A DNA stretch of 64,000 nt, from the NCBI GenBank assembly GCA_002633005.1, contig NMRA01000037.1, positions 654,703 to 718,702 of the forward strand. Direction: 5' to 3'. Of this stretch, positions 58,031 through 64,000 are shown piece by piece. A program made the position numbers and the translations under genes. The notes below the pieces were generated by a model, which was not told the DNA's origin, searched no databases, and saw only the letters and a program-made list of their open reading frames with translations. The stretch's first letter is position 1; each line of letters opens with the position of its first letter. Source of the stretch: Phoronis australis (taxonomy: Eukaryota; Animalia; Phoronida).

Positions 58031-61000
58031 TTAGTACTTGTCCGCGTGATTCTCAGGGTTCACCGTATTTTTGGAGGAGAACGAAGAATACGACTGAGTG
58101 GGAGATGGGCTGTAACAAGACGACGTACGATAACACGTATTGCCACTATCAAAACGACCAGTCAAGGCTAGGCTGGTATGGATCTCTCCAGCTGACTCCT
58201 CGATTATACTGCTCGTGCTTTTGATGGGTGTGAGAGCTGTACACGTCGAATGTTCGGTGGTGAGTTTTGCCGCAGCTAGTTTGTACGGCCTGCGGCGCCT
58301 TCTCTTGACAATATAAAGCGCTGTACAGACCACAATAGTACCGAACAGCAGCACAAATGCTATCAGGACGATAGGCACATAGACGCTTGGGCTAAGAGAC
58401 TTGCCATCAGCGTTTATTTCTGAAAATGAAAATTCATATGAGACCGGTTTATGTCGGAACCTTCTGCTAACCTTTTTGTTTTTATCAAATGTTTGCATAT
58501 GGTCACCTAATATGAAAATGTCATAATTAACCCGCGCCTTGCAACTGTATGGAATTCCAAGCCTGTCAGCTCTTAACGCGTGCAAGTATTACTCGGAAGG
58601 GCTGCATCAGCATGTATTTGATATCGTGTTATTTGCTTTGCATGTGTGTATAGCGCATGCCACCTGTCTAACCTGCGTTAAGGTATACACCGTTTACGCT
58701 ACGAGACTTTGATATTGGTTTCCAAAGCTCTGGATTCTAAACTTTGACTTTTTTTAGACTCACGGGAATCTAGGTCGTAAGCTCGTCTCATAGAGATCAG
58801 TAGATTGGCGTATTCATTGTTCCCTGTGTTTTTTCTTTGTTGTGATAAAGATGAAAGCAAGCATTCGTCGGTAACTGACTGATGTGCGCCCAAGGTTCGG
58901 TATCCACGCGACCTATATTATTATATCCAACAAAGACGCAACAAAGGAAAACAATGGTAGTGTCCCGTCGCATGGATGTCGCAAGTTAAACAATACCTCG
59001 TTGCGACCTCCATACGACGTCATTTCGCCGGGCGGACCGAATGACTTCACTTTCTACGAGTTGTTCTTTATTGTCATTTGTATCCAATCTCGGTTAAAAA
59101 TCAACGACAGTGGTGAAGTAACTTACAAACTGAGAATGGATTTGAGGTCGTCATATGATTAAACAACTTGTGGAACTTACCACAATCTCAGTCTGATATA
59201 GGAAATAAAAGTTTAGAACAGGAGAATTGCGAACTACCGTAAGCACGGGTGAGAAACAACATGACCGCCGGTCCTCTAAACAGGACCTCCGGGGATCAAA
59301 TGGGACCGCCGCACCAGAAAATGGGACTGACGCACCCAAAAACATGACCGCCCCACCACAAAACAGGACCGCCGGGGACTAAAACCGCAACAACTAACAG
59401 GCTAAGATTTATTACCGTTAGGCCTACACAGATCATACAATGGGGCTATATACGTATGCATATGCAGGTCTTGTGCCGATTAATCCACCGAAATCTTTTG
59501 TGAGCAACAAAGGACACTTCGCTTTGTAATACGCGGCGCTTTTGAGTTTTACTCATCACCAGGCTCCCGGCTGCGGTATGTGACTTATAAACAGTTGAAA
59601 GGTCAACATTTAATAAATCTAACACAAAACAACCTCGTTGTACGCTTTTGAGCTAAATAATTATAATTTTATCCACTGCATAAGTTTTAGAACAAAATGA
59701 AAATCATTTTCTCCAATTTGACGTTTAAAGTTAGTCAAGTAAAAAAACGGACGTTCTGGTTCTCGGGTGAAGCATCATCATACTAGCTGCCTTTGTGCGG
59801 CAAAGCTGTACATTAAATGTACAGCTTTGCGCCGATGTGGGTAAAAAACTGAACATGTAAAATCTTTACCCGGCGAATTTTTTTTAACGACACTCTTCCT
59901 TGAGTAAACTAAATTATTTCATCGGCGCTCGAGAGAAATTGTCGTTCTGTCGTTATTCTGCGTTCTCTTAAGTCGGCTTACATTGGCCGGTTCCTTTTCC
60001 CCCGATTCTTCAGTCAACTGTCCTTCTACAAGGTTGCGTACCTGGCACAACAAATTATCGAAACTGGTTTCATTTCGTTATAAGTTTTCAGTACTTTAAT
60101 ACCAGCAAACCGAATTTCATAACAAACCTTGTTGCCGCCAAGTTGTCATCATCTTTCGAAAGATGTCTCAAAATTTTTCTGAGGAAATGGCGCGTGCACA
60201 TGTCACTTATTATTACAACAGTTCATTAGATTGTTTTTCACTCAAGCGGTTGCAAACTGCAAGGTGAGTGTTGGTTGACGCCTAGATTTTGCATGCGCCT
60301 GCATCGGTCGCGCGCTCTACTACATGTTGATGTAAGTTCCACGACGAGGTGACGAGCAGAACTACCCGGGCTGTGGGCAATGTCGGGGATGTAACGGAGC
60401 TCAATAACGCAAGGCTGTCAAGCTTTATTTTGGCGATAGTCTTTACACAGCTATCTGACCGGTTACGTCATAACCCGCAGTATCACACAAAGGCCTTAAC
60501 TACTCAGTCCCCGGCGGTCCTGTTTTGTGGTGGGGCGGTCATGTTTTTGGGTGCGTCAGTCCCATTTTCTGGTGCGGCGGTCCCATTTGATCCCCGGAGG
60601 TCCTGTTTAGAGGACCGGCGGTCATGTTGTTTCTCACCCGTGGTAAGGCTAACGAAGGCTAGACAAACGACATGCTACAGACATCTATCAAGAACGCATA
60701 GATTAACGCGAAGATGAGCCATAGTCTGTTCGAGTTAACCAGTTACTGGTAAGTTTGGAATTCCATACTTAAGTTCTATTTCGACTCAACTGTATTACAT
60801 ATGCACTAGCGTAGTCAGAAGTGTTCAACACGGGACAAGCGCGACTTTTTGCAATTTAGTACACGCCGGCGGGAGCCAAATGTGCAAAATTGGAGTTAGT
60901 GCTCTTGTAGTGAAATAAGTAAAATTCTGTCTGGTTACTTATCTTACCGGATTTTACCATCGCAGCCTCAAACGTGTTTCCGCTTAAGTCACGTGATCCT

Positions 61001-62799
61001 GAAAGGAAATAAGGTAACATAAGTGATACCGAGGATTTCCACATTTGCCTCCTGGACGTTTTCACAGAAACCTGAGAAATTCAGGAACGGGCATGCCCAA
61101 ACAAAGAGTGCGTCTAGAGTGCATTTTTCGGAAGCGGATTAACTGTTCTAAGGAAACTGTTATGAAAAACTTTAGAACAATTGCTTGTAGTCTAAAAGGT
61201 CTTTTTTCTTGGCTGAGAGTTTTATGAACAAAATAAAGGGACACCGCGAAACATGCCGATATATCGTGTACCGTTGAGTTCAGTACGCGGAATAACATAT
61301 TTGAAAGCATTTATTACTCAAAGGTAGACAAGCTTATCAAAATTATTTGGATGCATTAGAATGTGCAGGTGTATAAATGTTTTGAAACAGTTGACTGCTT
61401 GGGTAAACTTAGCAAGCCCGGGACAATATAAGGTAATTGCAGACTGTATGGTGCACGCTGTACCAGACGTGCGCTTGCCGCTCAGGTGGGCCCATTGAAC
61501 CAATCACCTGGAACTGGAACTATTTTTATGCTTTATTAGTATATAGTTTAAATCGAGCTAATGAGCTACCCTCTGACACAGCGCCACCTATACTTTCGTT
61601 TAGCACTGTGATAGAGTGTAGCCGATGAGCTAGAGACCTGACTTAAGGGTTTAGCAGTGTTCCCCGGTGAGATTCGAACCCACAGCTTTCGGTAAAGAAA
61701 GCGAAAACTTGATCCTCTAGTACACACTACCACCCCAAAACCCGGGACAAGGAACAATATAACTTTGTCCACATCCATACTTTGTATATCGGGACTTGAG
61801 CTGGCGGTATAAGTATAGGAGCATCTGCCGAACATAAATAAGTTTTCATGCAAGATTGGTTCCTTGAAGATGATGTTTTACCTTGCTCGACGGAAGACTT
61901 GTCTTCCGTCACTTGCAGTGTTCCACCGAGGGTCCCACTTCGTATGGCACTCGCCAACGTGGCTGTGAGTAGCGCCTTGTTATCATTACCGATAGATGTC
62001 AGTGTAAAGTCAACTACTGTGCCCTTCCTACAAACAACTAGAGGTATTTCAAACGAGAGCAATGTCTTTAGAATGTCCTTAAACTGAGAGTGGACTATTT
62101 TAAATATTCTTATCCTTGTTTCTCCGATAATTTATTGTTCTCTTCTCCATGTATTTTTATAATAGACTGAGCTGGTGTTTTTTTATTTAACGACAAACAT
62201 TCTTTTTGTCAAGTTATAGTTGATTGATCGAAATATTTTTTGTTAAATCATAAGAACACAATTAAAGGTTTAACGTATTAGACTGTCGTGTATGTTTGAA
62301 TCTCGTTCTTGAGCACTCACTTACCCAATAGAATTCACATGAACAGTTTGAACGCCTTTCACATTTCTGAACAGTTTCTCGATTTCATTAACGACCAACG
62401 ACTCGACCATTTTGTAAACGACGCTTAAGTTAAACGCCATCTCTGGTTTGTAAGGGATGTTCACTAACTTCAAAGACGAGCGAATAGTAGTCACTGGAAC
62501 AGGAGTACTTATGTCAAACCGAAGCGGTAAATTTTACATGCTGAACCATGCACGCACCCAGCCTAAAATTGAGGGAGCTCGAAAATTCATGGGATACGTT
62601 CAGAGCTATAAATTGTGCATTCGCCGAATTTTAGTAGTTCCTGCCTTTTTAGCGGACTCTTGTTTCGTTTTCTACTTTTTTCGGGGTCTTTATTTCTCTG
62701 ATCAGGCGAATCTTTTTGTCCACTTCTCCAAACCGAGCCCCCCTGGGTGCGTGCATGTGAATTATTAGCACAGCAGATAATTCAACTTACAATCATTCA
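58031..62799 (-). CDS. SEA-domain single-pass type I membrane protein, 3' exons (62791-62799 microexon, 62325-62493, 61882-62027, 60948-60998, 58031-58419); 5' end probably outside the window
   Basis: Phase-consistent splicing gives TTIRSSLKLVNIPYKPEMAFNLSVVYKMVESLVVNEIEKLFRNVKGVQTVHVNSIG|KGTVVDFTL...LASAIRSGTLGGTLQVTED (SEA-like), then a TM helix VYVPIVLIAFVLLFGTIVVCTALYIV, a KRRRRR stop-transfer and a Ser/Thr/Tyr-rich tail. Confidence 0.75.
59244..60642. mobile_element. Young non-autonomous DNA transposon with CAC...GTG ends, perfect 137-bp TIRs and 5-bp TSD (Transib/RAG-like signature)
   Basis: gtaag|cacgggtgagaaac...(59244-59380) and (60506-60642)...gtttctcacccgtg|gtaag; sits in an intron of the SEA-domain gene. 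Confidence 0.88.
61620..61730 (-). mobile_element. tRNA-derived SINE, same family as 2490-2620
   Basis: The minus strand has B box GGTTCGAATC and body ...ctgctaaaccc...gtcaggtctctagctcatcggc matching the other copies. Confidence 0.55.
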
Positions 62800-64000
62800 C
62801 TGGATGAAACAAACACGAAATTTGGATGAGTAGCAGTTCGGGAAAGAGGTGCCAACCAGTCGAAATTCAAATGTGGTAACGAGTTTCTCAAATTATCAAG
62901 ACAACAAAAATGCACTTAACATGACGTCTGTGCCGACGTTTTGGGGAAAATGACATTAGTCATTTCAGTTTGGGTGTGAAGACGTATTGTTTTTTTGACA
63001 AAAGCAGCAAAAATACTAACTTATGATTTCAACCTAAAACCCGTCTGTTACCTTGTAAATTCCTTATTCAGGCCGGAAGTGATTTTGGACTTGGAAGGAA
63101 CTGTCAGTTTGATTTTGGTTGATTGCATTCTAAGTACATAAAATGACCCGCCGGGTCACTCAAGTCAAATCATTGAGTTTGAATAAAGTAAGATACAAAT
63201 TGAGATCAATTTTATCAGGATAATTGGTGGTCGAGGCTTTTTCGGAGGTCTCCGATATTCAGACTCTTTCGAAAAGTCGTCGGTATTCAGGCACGTTTCA
63301 TAAAGGAAACAAAGGTTACGGTTTGGTGAAACTTGGAGGAGGCTTGTTTGGCCTCCGTTTGCTTAAGATTTTTCTCAGTAAAATACTTTTGTCAGCTACT
63401 TAGAAACGTTCCAACAAAGATTGGAGAAAATTTAGGTGTCTCCGTTATACATGGTTATACTTTTTTCTAAAATTTCTTCTAATTATCCGTTTTTTCAGTC
63501 GCAGAACGATAACCTTGGAGAGAGACAACTTCGAAAAAGTTAGAAATAGAGTCACAAATCAAGGTCTTGGAAAAAGGTCAACAAATAGCATGCGCGCACC
63601 CAGCCTTCAATATGGGGGGGCTCGAAATCTTGCCGTTGTGGACCTTTTGGTAACAAAAAGGCGGGCGGACTAAAAAAAAGAAAAGAAAACGGGGGCACAA
63701 CTGTGAATTGCGCGTTTGTGCTTGTTTAGGGGAGTTTTGTCTCATTTTCTCGGACCTTTTGTTTCTCGGAGGCGGACCTTTTTGCCCACTTTGCCAAATG
63801 GGGGGCTCGTTCGAACTCCTCGAACTGAAATAGTTTTGCCAAAGTTTGTGACTTAGTGAGAAGAGCCCTAATTCATTTTGGTTCATTATCAATTTTTTAT
63901 TACTTAGCAACCATTCAGTTCTCAACATTCAAATGAAATTATGTCTTTCAATCTTAACTTACCATTTTTCTCGGCGAGCAGCGTCTTGTTTTCTGTCAAA

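Noticed and set aside
60349-60717. Two ORFs sharing MFLGASVPFSGAAVPFDPRR (also 59151-59345)
   Set aside because: Both are translations of the transposon's inverted repeats.
61620-61730. tRNA gene suggested by GGTTCGAATC
   Set aside because: No intact cloverleaf; continues into a body shared with other dispersed copies, so called a SINE.
63052-64000. Further upstream exons of the SEA gene (63052-63129; donor at 63962)
   Set aside because: Splice phases could not be reconciled with confidence; left unannotated.

Overview
Eukaryotic, AT-rich, intron-rich draft scaffold from an animal (probably a marine invertebrate; the taxon cannot be fixed from sequence alone), with several N gaps. Four host genes are supported. 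(1) The 5' half of a multi-exon TBC1D8/9-family Rab-GAP on the minus strand (ATG 25729, running off the left edge). (2) A 3-exon glutaredoxin-2-like gene, head-to-head with the Rab-GAP about 235 bp away. (3) An intronless sterol delta-7 reductase whose motifs look plant-DWF5/bacterial rather than vertebrate (46988-48397, minus). (4) The 3' exons of a SEA-domain single-pass membrane protein (minus, 58031 to at least 62799). Five tandem near-identical blocks separated by N are most likely uncollapsed haplotypes, and two of them end exactly at allele-specific transposon insertions. The remainder is mostly transposon sequence: a very young CAC...GTG element with perfect 137-bp TIRs and a 5-bp TSD (Transib/RAG-like signature), pogo-, Academ-, hAT- and Kolobok-like non-autonomous elements, decayed IS3EU, ISL2EU/Harbinger and hAT transposases, Helentron-type HINEs, tRNA-SINEs, LINE fragments and minisatellites. 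All family calls come from manual translation and motif recall, not database searches.
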